Positions 42,854 through 51,022 of a stretch of DNA of 64,000 nucleotides are shown here, piece by piece. Source of the stretch: Candidatus Sulfopaludibacter sp. SbA3 (GTDB lineage Bacteria; Acidobacteriota; Vicinamibacteria; Vicinamibacterales; UBA2999); the NCBI GenBank assembly GCA_945903265.1, contig CAMDNQ010000013.1, forward strand, positions 14,096-78,095, in the 5' to 3' direction. Position 1 is the first letter of the stretch. Each line of letters opens with the position of its first letter. Below the pieces are notes generated by a model that had not been told where the DNA came from, did not search any database, and worked only from the letters and a program-made list of their open reading frames with translations. The translations under genes and the position numbers were made by a program.

Positions 42854-43510
42854 ATGCTGTCCAAACTGCTCGACAACAACCGCAAGTGGGCGCAGCGCAT
42901 CCTCCAGAAGCATCCTGATTTCTTTGCGACGCTTGCCAGCCAGCAGGCGCCGAAGTACCTCTGGATTGGCTGCTCCGACAGCCGCGTGCCGGCCAACGAG
43001 ATCGTCGGCCTCAAGCCCGGCGAGCTGTTCGTCCACCGCAACGTCGCCAACGTCGTGGTCCACAGCGATTTGAATTGCCTCTCGGTGCTGCAGTACGCCA
43101 TCGACGCCCTCGGCGTCGAGCACGTCATCGTCTGCGGTCACTACGGGTGCGGGGGCGTCCGCGCCGCGTACGAGCGGTCGACGCTCGGCTTGATCGACAA
43201 CTGGCTTCGCCACGTGCAGGATGTGGCGGATCGGCACGCCAGCGTGCTCCAGCGTGAGTCTGACGATGAGGCGCGCGTCAACCGCCTCTGTGAACTGAAT
43301 GTGATCGAGCAGGTGCGCAACGTGGCGCAATCGACGGTGGTGGGGGACGCCTGGCGCCGCGGCCAGCCGCTCGCCGTGCACGGGTGGATCTACGGGCTGC
43401 AGGATGGGCTCCTGCGCGACCTGCACTGCACGCGCAAGAGCCCTGAAGATGTCGACGCCGCTGCCGGTTCTATCGCGCCGCCCGCGTCGTCGTGGCGGCG
43501 GGGGGATTGA
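42854..43510 (+). CDS. can: beta-class carbonic anhydrase
   Basis: It has the blocks WIGCSDSRVP, FVHRNVAN and CGHYGCGG. It appears near-collinear with E. coli Can, from memory of that sequence. Confidence 0.92.
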   Translation: MLSKLLDNNRKWAQRILQKHPDFFATLASQQAPKYLWIGCSDSRVPANEIVGLKPGELFVHRNVANVVVHSDLNCLSVLQYAIDALGVEHVIVCGHYGCGGVRAAYERSTLGLIDNWLRHVQDVADRHASVLQRESDDEARVNRLCELNVIEQVRNVAQSTVVGDAWRRGQPLAVHGWIYGLQDGLLRDLHCTRKSPEDVDAAAGSIAPPASSWRRGD

Positions 43511-44540
43511 GCGACGCCGCGTAGGCCGACACGTTCATCATGTCCGTCAGCGACATCTTCGCCACGATGGGCGTCATGAGCTCCGCCCACGGACCCTTCC
43601 GGGCGCCCAGCTTCATGTCATACAGCTGCCGGGTCGTGTAACTCGGCGAGCGTCCGGCCAGCGGCGGAACGGGGCCCAGGCCTTCGAGGCTCGCGCCATG
43701 GCACGTCGTGCACTGGTACGTGGCGGCCAGCATCTTTCCGCGATTGATACTGCCTACCGGCACGTAGGCCGTGTACCCCATGTGCGTGTCGCGCGCTTCC
43801 GCGCGCAGGTGGTCGTCCGGCACTTCGACGATCTGTTCGCCAATCGGCTCCATGCCGCCGCCCTCAGCAGCGGGCACCGGCATGTGCATCCCGCCCTGGA
43901 GGCGCACCTTCGGGGCAGTCCGCGATTCGATCACCTTGATCCGCTTCCCGTACGGCTTGGCCGCGAAGTATTCGGCGGCCGCCCGGAGCTCCTCGGGAGT
44001 CGCGTTCTTCGCGTAGGTGATCATCAGGTTCGTGTTGTTCTTCCGCGGGTCCGCGCTGTCGCGCGCGCCGCTCTTGAAGTCTTCCATCTGCTGCAGGAAG
44101 TAGGCGACCGGCAGGCCGTTGACGCTGGCATTTTCCGGGCGCCCGCCGCCGTCAGCCAGGTGGCAGAAGCCGCAGGCACGTACGAGGTACGTCGCGTCCG
44201 CCGCCGGGCGATTGAACCTCACGACATCAGGCGCGCCGACATGTTCTTCGGGCCGCCAGTCGGGAATCTCCTTGAGACCGCGCAGCTGCCCACGCGTGAG
44301 CGTGCGCTCGACGCCGGGGATGCGGATAACGGCGGTGTCGTCTGTTGGCAGCGATGAGGGAGGCGGGGGCGCTCCAGGAGGGTTGGGCGGGGTATACGCC
44401 CACTCCGGAAGATGCACCGGCGGGGGAGCCGGCGCGGCAGCGGGAGCAGGTGCAGCCTGCTGTTGCGCGACGACCGATCCCCCGAGTCCCCAAAGGGCAA
44501 CAAGTACGACGGCGACGACAGCGGACTGCGTCCTGGTCAT
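43470..44540 (-). CDS. diheme c-type cytochrome (c4-like domains), exported, copy 1
   Basis: I trimmed the start to MTRTQSAVVAVVLVAL, preceded by AAGGAG. It has two CxxCH motifs (CGFCH, CTTCH) and a Pro-rich linker after the leader. Confidence 0.85.
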   Translation of the reverse strand: MTRTQSAVVAVVLVALWGLGGSVVAQQQAAPAPAAAPAPPPVHLPEWAYTPPNPPGAPPPPSSLPTDDTAVIRIPGVERTLTRGQLRGLKEIPDWRPEEHVGAPDVVRFNRPAADATYLVRACGFCHLADGGGRPENASVNGLPVAYFLQQMEDFKSGARDSADPRKNNTNLMITYAKNATPEELRAAAEYFAAKPYGKRIKVIESRTAPKVRLQGGMHMPVPAAEGGGMEPIGEQIVEVPDDHLRAEARDTHMGYTAYVPVGSINRGKMLAATYQCTTCHGASLEGLGPVPPLAGRSPSYTTRQLYDMKLGARKGPWAELMTPIVAKMSLTDMMNVSAYAASLNPPAATTTRAAR

Positions 44541-44551
44541 ATGCGTACTCC

Positions 44552-45595
44552 TTAGCGCGTGCCCCGCGGCGCGGCCGGCGCCGGCGGCGCGAGCGATGCC
44601 GCGTAGGCCGACACGTTCATCATGTCCTGCACAGACATCCCGGCGACCGCCGGTTTCATGACTTCGGCCCACGGCCCGCGCCGGGCGCCCTGTTTCATGT
44701 CGTACAGCTGCCGCATCGTGAAGCTCGGGGATCGACCGGCGATTGCCGGTATCGGGCCGAGCCCCTCCATGTTCGCTCCGTGACAGGTCCCGCACTGAAA
44801 CTTCGTGGCGACCTGTTTGCCGCGAGCGAGGGTTCCTGGCGGCACGTAGGCGGTGTAGCCCATGCGCGTGTCGCGTACTTCCGCGCCCAGGTTGCTGTCC
44901 GGCACCTCCACGATTTCGGTGGCCTTGATCGGGACCATGCTGCCGCCCTCCGCAGCAGGAATGGCCATGTACATGCCGCCCTGCAGACGCACTTTCGGCG
45001 CGGTCTTCGATTCGACGACCTTCAACTTGAGCGGGTACGGCTGCTGCGCGAAGTACTCGGCTGCGGCCCTGTCCTCCTCAACGGTCGTCGCCTTGGCGAT
45101 GGCGACCATCGTGTTCGTGTTCGCCTTGCGCGGGTCAGCGCTCTTTCGCAGCCCATCCCGGTAATCCTGCATCTGCTGGATGAAATAGGTAGGGTGGTAC
45201 GCGCTGATCGGCGCGTTCTCGGGTCGTCCTGAGCCGTCAGGCGTATGACAGAGGGTGCACTGGCGGGCGCCGGTTTTTCCGAATCGGGCGATGTCCGGCA
45301 GGGTCCCGTGACGATCCTCGGGATACCAGTCCATCGTTTCCTTGACGGCCCGAAGCTCGCCGCGCGTGAAGGTTCTGGCCGTTCCCGGAATAGAAATCAC
45401 GGCGTTGTCGTCGGCCGGCAGCGTCGCCGGTGGCGGTGGCGCGCCGGGCACGGGAGGGGTGTACGCCCACTCCGGCAGGTCGGCGGGCGGCGGGGCCACC
45501 GGCGCGGCAGCAGGCGCAGCCTGCTGTTGCGCGACGACCGAGCCCCCGAGGGCAATGAGTACGACAGCGACGACAGCGGACAGCGTCCTGCTCAT
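44552..45595 (-). CDS. diheme c-type cytochrome (c4-like domains), exported, copy 2
   Basis: It has the heme motifs CTLCH and CGTCH and is collinear with copy 1 over its whole length. AAGGAG lies upstream. Confidence 0.85.
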   Translation of the reverse strand: MSRTLSAVVAVVLIALGGSVVAQQQAAPAAAPVAPPPADLPEWAYTPPVPGAPPPPATLPADDNAVISIPGTARTFTRGELRAVKETMDWYPEDRHGTLPDIARFGKTGARQCTLCHTPDGSGRPENAPISAYHPTYFIQQMQDYRDGLRKSADPRKANTNTMVAIAKATTVEEDRAAAEYFAQQPYPLKLKVVESKTAPKVRLQGGMYMAIPAAEGGSMVPIKATEIVEVPDSNLGAEVRDTRMGYTAYVPPGTLARGKQVATKFQCGTCHGANMEGLGPIPAIAGRSPSFTMRQLYDMKQGARRGPWAEVMKPAVAGMSVQDMMNVSAYAASLAPPAPAAPRGTR

Positions 45596-45607
45596 GCGCG
45601 TGCTCCT

Positions 45608-46729
45608 TTAGTTGGTGGCGACGGCCCCGGATCGATACGTCTTGCTGAAATTATTGCGGGTGTTCGTCACCGTGAACGTGCCGTCCTGCTGCGCGCTGAC
45701 CTTGAACCAGTACGACTTGCCGTTGTGCACCGGCGCCGGCGGGGCCTGTGTGCCCTGCGGCGGAGCCACCCACGCATCCTTCGGAAGCGCCGACGGCTCT
45801 TCGTCGAAATGATTGCCGACGAACATGCCGGGCACCGTGTACTCGGTGCCGCTCAGCAGTGAGAAGTGCGACTGCCAGACGTCCTCGAGACCGGGCGAGT
45901 TGAGCAGAATCCGCATCGCCTCCGGCTGGCCGCCCTTGCGGGTGCCGTTGTTGATGATCGAGACGCGCGGGCTCAGGCCGTGCACGATGACGTCCGAGTT
46001 CGAGACCATCTGCCCGTGGTGGCCGACGAAGAGCACGTCCACTGAGCCGATCCGGTTCATCGGGCACATCAGGTCGCCCTCGATGTTCCAGGTGATGTCA
46101 CCCGGGTGCACCGCGCGCCAGCGGCCGAACGTGATGTGGCTGCCCACCGACTGCGCGTTCTCGGTCGTGTCCACATCCTGCTTCTTGAACGCGGCGCAGT
46201 AGGGATTGCGCTGGCCGCCGCCCCGGAGATTCGACTGAATCGTCTGGGTGCCGGAGCTGATGATCGTCCACTCCATGCCCTTGACCGGAAGCTTGTCGCC
46301 CGGCTTCACGATGACGCGCTTCGCCTTCGCCGTCAGCGCCGGATACACCTTTGCCAGGAACTCGGTCGACGCCGGCTGGGGCTGGACGGTGTCGCCGTGG
46401 TCGTAATAGGCACGAATCGGAATCTGCTTCGCGAGCTCCTCGAGCGCGCCGAAGTGATCCCCATGCCAGTGCGTCGTGATGTGATGATCGATCTGCGTCA
46501 GGCCGGCGTCCTTGATCGCCTCCATGATGCGGCCCGCGTCGCGCGCCGCCGCGGCGCCGCCGTTGCCCGCGTCAATCAGGACTGACTCGCCCTGGGGCGT
46601 GACGAACAACGTGGCGTTGCCGCCCTCCACGTCCACAACCCAGATGTCGAGCGTTTTGCGCGCCTGCGCCGACAAGAGCGTCGCAGAGACGAGGAGCCCG
46701 GCGATGACTACGAAGAAACGTGCGCGCAT
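45608..46729 (-). CDS. exported MBL-fold metallo-hydrolase (ComEC-C-terminal-like)
   Basis: It has a signal peptide, the motifs THWHGDH and VGHHG, and a GD block. AAGGAG lies upstream. Confidence 0.85.
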   Translation of the reverse strand: MRARFFVVIAGLLVSATLLSAQARKTLDIWVVDVEGGNATLFVTPQGESVLIDAGNGGAAAARDAGRIMEAIKDAGLTQIDHHITTHWHGDHFGALEELAKQIPIRAYYDHGDTVQPQPASTEFLAKVYPALTAKAKRVIVKPGDKLPVKGMEWTIISSGTQTIQSNLRGGGQRNPYCAAFKKQDVDTTENAQSVGSHITFGRWRAVHPGDITWNIEGDLMCPMNRIGSVDVLFVGHHGQMVSNSDVIVHGLSPRVSIINNGTRKGGQPEAMRILLNSPGLEDVWQSHFSLLSGTEYTVPGMFVGNHFDEEPSALPKDAWVAPPQGTQAPPAPVHNGKSYWFKVSAQQDGTFTVTNTRNNFSKTYRSGAVATN

Positions 46730-46738
46730 GGTGTCTCC

Positions 46739-47371
46739 TTACTTGAGCGTGATCGGGGGAAGCCGGTTCGAATAGATATCGTCGTACCGGACACGTTTGC
46801 CGCCTGCGTCGAGAAAGCTGATCGACTGTGTGAACAGCCCCGGGTCCGGCGCGCCCGCGGGCACCGTACCATCCAGGACGTACAGCCGGTTCTCGTGCAG
46901 ATAAATCGATGCGAAAGTGACTGTCTTGTTCGTGTTGATCAGGTTGACCTGCTGACCCGCGACACGGTCGATGTGGTGCCAGGCGTCATACGTGACCTTG
47001 GCACCCGGGCGGTAGCGATAGAGCTTGGTGGCGGCGTACTGCACCGACGCCATGATGTCGATTCTCCAGTAGCCGCTGCCCTGGAACGACGGCGCCTTCG
47101 GCGTCGAGTAGTACTGCTTCTCGGCGCCGCTGTAGTCGACGACGGTGATGGAATACTTCTCGGGTCCACGGAACGCGGTGTAGGCGCGCGCGGGAAGATT
47201 CAGGCCGAACTCCGACACCCAGGTGATCGTCTCGACCTTCGGCTGTCCCGGCATGTTGATGGAGAAGCGGTCGTCGGTGCTGAGGAAGTCGGTCCACTCC
47301 TGCGCGAACGCAGGAGCGGACTGACCGATGATGGCGAACGCCAGGATGAGCCGCGCGAATGTGATGGCCAT
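46739..47371 (-). CDS. exported hypothetical protein (family X paralog)
   Basis: The signal peptide ends AFAQEW. The blocks are shared with 21471-22214 and 47393-48127. Confidence 0.75.
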   Translation of the reverse strand: MAITFARLILAFAIIGQSAPAFAQEWTDFLSTDDRFSINMPGQPKVETITWVSEFGLNLPARAYTAFRGPEKYSITVVDYSGAEKQYYSTPKAPSFQGSGYWRIDIMASVQYAATKLYRYRPGAKVTYDAWHHIDRVAGQQVNLINTNKTVTFASIYLHENRLYVLDGTVPAGAPDPGLFTQSISFLDAGGKRVRYDDIYSNRLPPITLK

Positions 47372-47392
47372 GCTCTCCTGCTGACCGCCTGG

Positions 47393-48127
47393 CTACTGAC
47401 CGCGCCCGCCGGCCGGGGCCTGCCCGCGGCCGCCGCCCTGTCCGCGGCCACCACCCACGCCGCCATCGCCGCCCTGGGGCTGCGGTGGTTTCATGGTTTC
47501 GGGCGGCAGCTTGTTCGAATAGATCTGGTCGTAGCGCACGCGTTTGCCCTCGGCGTCGAGGAAGCTGAGCGACTGCGTGAACAGCCCCGGCTCCGGGCCC
47601 TTCGCCGGGACGGTCCCGTCAAGGATGTACAGGCGATTCTCGTGAAGGTAAATCGCGACGAAGGTGCGTGTTCCGTCGGGGTTGGTCAGGTTCAGGTGAT
47701 GCCCCTCGACGAGGTCGATGTAATGCCATGCGTCGTGGGTGACCTTGACGCCCGGCTTGAAGCGATAGAGCTTGGTCGCGGCGTACTGAATCGACCCCTG
47801 AATGTCCATCATCCAGTACTCGGCCTGGCGGAACGACGGCGGGTGCGGCCTGGCGTGGTAGAGCTTCTCGGCATCGCTGTAGTCAATGACCGTAATGCTG
47901 TACTTCTCGGGCCCGGCGAACCCGTTCTTGATTACGGTGTGCACCCGGCCGGGGAACACCGAGCCGTACTCGGCCTCCCACCTGATGGTTTCCACCTTCG
48001 GCTGACCGGGCATGTTGACCGTGAACCGGTCTTCACGGCTGGTGTAGTCAATCCAGTCCTGGGCATATGCCGAGGTAGAGAAGAGAATCAGGATAAGAAC
48101 GGCTGGAATCAATCGCATGACGCGCAT
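47393..48127 (-). CDS. exported hypothetical protein (family X paralog) with C-terminal Gly/Arg/Gln repeats
   Basis: I trimmed the start to MRVMRLIPAVLILILFSTSAYAQDW, preceded by GGAGGG. The tail reads GGGRGQGGGRGQAPAGGRGQ. The 436-aa track ORF is over-extended. Confidence 0.75.
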   Translation of the reverse strand: MRVMRLIPAVLILILFSTSAYAQDWIDYTSREDRFTVNMPGQPKVETIRWEAEYGSVFPGRVHTVIKNGFAGPEKYSITVIDYSDAEKLYHARPHPPSFRQAEYWMMDIQGSIQYAATKLYRFKPGVKVTHDAWHYIDLVEGHHLNLTNPDGTRTFVAIYLHENRLYILDGTVPAKGPEPGLFTQSLSFLDAEGKRVRYDQIYSNKLPPETMKPPQPQGGDGGVGGGRGQGGGRGQAPAGGRGQ

Positions 48128-48193
48128 GGCTAGGCCCTCCGGCTGGGGAGCATTCTGTGCGGCAAACGTCAATGAGTCAAGGACGCACGGGCG

Positions 48194-48199
48194 TATAAT
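48194..48199 (+). promoter_or_regulatory. consensus -10 hexamer TATAAT six nt before the GTG start (possible leaderless transcript)
   Basis: The sequence is gcgTATAATccgccaGTG. I recognised no convincing -35 box and there is no Shine-Dalgarno sequence. Confidence 0.3.
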
Positions 48200-48205
48200 C
48201 CGCCA

Positions 48206-48880
48206 GTGATCCGGCCGGCAGCGATTGTCGTATTTACGCTGATTTGCGGCGGTTTCGCCCGAGCACAGGCGCCGGTACCGATGGCGGCCGAGCCCCATCA
48301 CAAACAGCTCCTGTACGCGGCGCACATGCGTCTCTTCGAGATTCTCGTGCCGCCAAGGACCACCACCCTCGACCATTCCCACGATCGCGACGTCGCCGTC
48401 GTCGCACTGGGCGAGACCACCTTCCGGACGCGTGTGACGGGAAAAGAGTGGGAGATGCCCCGCAGCTACGTACCCGGCGGCATCAATCTGGTCACCTATA
48501 CCGGGGCGGCGGGCGCTCATGCCCTGGATAACGTTGGCAAGACGGCCTATCGGGTGCTGGCCGTCGAGAATGTCCGCGCGGGGGGCTGGACGCTGCCTCG
48601 CGTGATCGAGGCGCCGGCGACCGGGCTGCTGCAGCAGTCGCGGGCGTTCGCTGTCTACGAGGTCCGTCTCACGACGTCCGTGCCGCAGACCGCCCACGTA
48701 CACCAGCAGCCAACGGTCGTCGTCCTGCTGTCGGGCGGCGTGGAGGTCCAGGGTGGAGGCGGCGAGTCAGAATTCAGAATCGCTCCGGGTCGCTGGTTTC
48801 ATTCGGCGCCAGACCAGCCGCACGCGCTGTCGCTCATCGGCGCGTCCGATGCCCGGTTAATAGAAGTGGAGGTCCGGTAA
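48206..48880 (+). CDS. exported cupin-like (two-barrel) protein
   Basis: It has a signal peptide and two halves with cupin-like His blocks (LDHSHDRDVAVVALGE; AHVHQQPTVVVLLSGGVEV). Confidence 0.6.
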   Translation: MIRPAAIVVFTLICGGFARAQAPVPMAAEPHHKQLLYAAHMRLFEILVPPRTTTLDHSHDRDVAVVALGETTFRTRVTGKEWEMPRSYVPGGINLVTYTGAAGAHALDNVGKTAYRVLAVENVRAGGWTLPRVIEAPATGLLQQSRAFAVYEVRLTTSVPQTAHVHQQPTVVVLLSGGVEVQGGGGESEFRIAPGRWFHSAPDQPHALSLIGASDARLIEVEVR

Positions 48881-48882
48881 TC

Positions 48883-49896
48883 ATGTTCATGCTTCGTTCC
48901 GCTCTCATGCTCACGATCGTTGTCGCCATCGGCGGCGCATTCCCGCACACGGCAGCCGCACAGACGACGCCCCCGCGCGGGATCGTCAAGATCACGGGCG
49001 AGCTGTACCGCGCGCAGAACGACAATCACTACACGGTCTTCCTCGTCACGCCGGACGGGATCATCATGAGCGACCCCATCAACCGCGAGTTCTCGCGGTG
49101 GCTGAAGGCGGAGATGGCGACGCGGTTCAAGGTGCCGGTGCGGTACGTGCTCTACACGCACCATGACTGGGATCATGCGTCGGGCGGAGTCGTCTGGGCC
49201 GACACGGCGGAGTTCGTCGGCCACCGCAACATGTTCGAGACACTGGCGCTGCCGGGCGGCGTTCATCCGCTTGCCGGCGGCTCGCTCAAGATGGATGCGA
49301 ACCAGAACGGCGTCATCGAAAAGTCGGAGGCGACGGGCGATACGGCGCAGCGTTTCTGGCTGTTCGACGAGAACCGCGACGGGCTGCTGAGCGGTGCGGA
49401 GATGGCCCGCGGCGCGTTGAGCGATGTGTATCCGCCCAACGTGACGTTCGCCGATCGTCACACCGTCACGCTGGGCGGCAAGCGGGTGGTCATGGTGCAT
49501 CTCGGTAATGCACATGCGCCCGACAGCGCCGTCCTGCATTTCCCGGACGAGCGGGCGGTGTTCAGCGCGGACATCGTGCAGGTGAAGCGGTTGCCTGGCG
49601 GGCTGGCGCCCAACGTGGGCGACTGGATCGATGCGCTGAAAACCGTTCTGTCGCTCGACTTCGAGCACGCGCTGACGGGGCACGCGCTGGCGGGGACGAG
49701 AGCAGACGCGGAGGGACTGCTGCGCTACCTGCAGGACATTTCCACCGGAGTGGCTGCCGGAATCGGCGCGGGACGAACCCTGGCGGAGATCCAGAAGTCA
49801 CTCACGCTGGACGCGTACAAAGGGTATGACCGCTACGACATGCTTCGCGCGGAACACATCGCGCAGGTATACCGCACGATCAAGGGCACGAAATAG
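48883..49896 (+). CDS. exported MBL-fold metallo-hydrolase carrying an inserted pair of EF-hand Ca-binding loops
   Basis: It has the motif YTHHDWDH (a variant of HxHxDH). The two EF-hand loops are DANQNGVIEKSE and DENRDGLLSGAE, at aa 138-149 and 162-173. Confidence 0.85.
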   Translation: MFMLRSALMLTIVVAIGGAFPHTAAAQTTPPRGIVKITGELYRAQNDNHYTVFLVTPDGIIMSDPINREFSRWLKAEMATRFKVPVRYVLYTHHDWDHASGGVVWADTAEFVGHRNMFETLALPGGVHPLAGGSLKMDANQNGVIEKSEATGDTAQRFWLFDENRDGLLSGAEMARGALSDVYPPNVTFADRHTVTLGGKRVVMVHLGNAHAPDSAVLHFPDERAVFSADIVQVKRLPGGLAPNVGDWIDALKTVLSLDFEHALTGHALAGTRADAEGLLRYLQDISTGVAAGIGAGRTLAEIQKSLTLDAYKGYDRYDMLRAEHIAQVYRTIKGTK

Positions 49897-49921
49897 CGGT
49901 CGAGTTAGCCGGGCACACCTC

Positions 49922-50152
49922 ATGCAGGGAAATACCGTCATGCACAAGCCGCAGGATGCTCACAGCCACAGCGACCAGGTAGATGCGCACGCCGACGATT
50001 CAGATCTGCAGAAGGGTGCGATTGAAGGCTCGCCTGACGGAATGGCCAACGAAAATGCGGAAGGCGCCCTGGACGAGGGCGGCCTCCCGCAGGATGAGGT
50101 AGCGATCGCCCAGGACCGGATCGGGGCGAACGTCGACGAAACGCAGGGCTAG
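49922..50152 (+). CDS. small acidic His/Asp-rich hypothetical protein (76 aa)
   Basis: The protein reads MQGNTVMHKPQDAHSHSDQVDAHADDSD... It has moderate coding-like codon bias and ends in a 4-nt overlap (CTAG) with the convergent gene. Confidence 0.4.
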   Translation: MQGNTVMHKPQDAHSHSDQVDAHADDSDLQKGAIEGSPDGMANENAEGALDEGGLPQDEVAIAQDRIGANVDETQG

Positions 50153-50958
50153 TTCGTCTTCGTCGCGGTCCAGTTTTCCGCCGGTCCGCCGGATCGCAGT
50201 GCTCCGTCGATCCGGGCGCCGGCCACCTTGCCGGTATATTCGGCGGTCCCGACGAGGAACCGGATCTGGTCGCCGCGAAGTTTCCCGCTCTGGATCGGCT
50301 TCCCGTTGAGGGTGCCCGACAGCATCTGATACTGCTGCTCGAGCACCAGATTGCCCTCGGCGGTACGCCACGTCCCCGCCACCCTCGCCGGCACAATCCA
50401 CAGCAGCGCCGTGCACCAGGCGCTGCAGTTGTTTTCGATCGTGACGGTTTCATCCGCCGACCATCCCTCGATCCCGAACGTGTTGGAGACGATCCGGCTG
50501 CCGGGACGAAGGTTCAGGAATTTCTCGCGCAGCTCCAGCATGTTGCTCGGCAGCAGGAAGAGCGCCATCACCGACGCCTTCGAGATGTCGGCCTTGTACA
50601 TATCGCCCTCGACGAACGTCGCCTTGCCAGCCACGCCCGCGGCCGCGGCGTTCTTCTTCGACAGCTGCACCATGTTGGGGTTGTATTCGACCCCCATCGA
50701 TGCGGCGCCGCGCTTCGCGGCGGCAATCACGTTGCGGCCGTCGCCTGACCCCAGGTCCATCACGTAGTCCTGCGCCGTGACCTTCGCCAGATCGAGCATC
50801 GCTTCGACGAGCTCCGGTGGCGTGGGCACCCAGACGACGTCCTTGCCGGCCTGGCCGACCTGCGGGACGAATTCCTCCTGGGCCGCCGGGGCGGGTGCCT
50901 GCTGCGCGAATGCGGGGCTTGCGACAAAAAGCGCGAGAACTAACCAGATCATGACCAT
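50149..50958 (-). CDS. class I SAM-dependent methyltransferase-fold protein with N-terminal signal peptide
   Basis: The leader is MVMIWLVLALFVASPAFAQQ. It then has VWVPTPPELVEAML, motif I VMDLGSGDGR and an acidic loop VEYNP. Confidence 0.85.
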   Translation of the reverse strand: MVMIWLVLALFVASPAFAQQAPAPAAQEEFVPQVGQAGKDVVWVPTPPELVEAMLDLAKVTAQDYVMDLGSGDGRNVIAAAKRGAASMGVEYNPNMVQLSKKNAAAAGVAGKATFVEGDMYKADISKASVMALFLLPSNMLELREKFLNLRPGSRIVSNTFGIEGWSADETVTIENNCSAWCTALLWIVPARVAGTWRTAEGNLVLEQQYQMLSGTLNGKPIQSGKLRGDQIRFLVGTAEYTGKVAGARIDGALRSGGPAENWTATKTN

Positions 50959-50989
50959 TCCTCCAAAGCGGGGATTATATTCGGCCGGG

Positions 50990-51022
50990 GTCTCCCGTCT
51001 CTAGTCTCTGGTCTTTCGTCTA
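50990..51022. repeat. five exact-period heptads GTCTnnn
   Basis: The sequence is gtctccc gtctcta gtctctg gtctttc gtcta, starting at 50990, 50997, 51004, 51011 and 51018. It reads AGAGACn on the transcribed strand, directly after the ATP-grasp stop. Confidence 0.6.
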
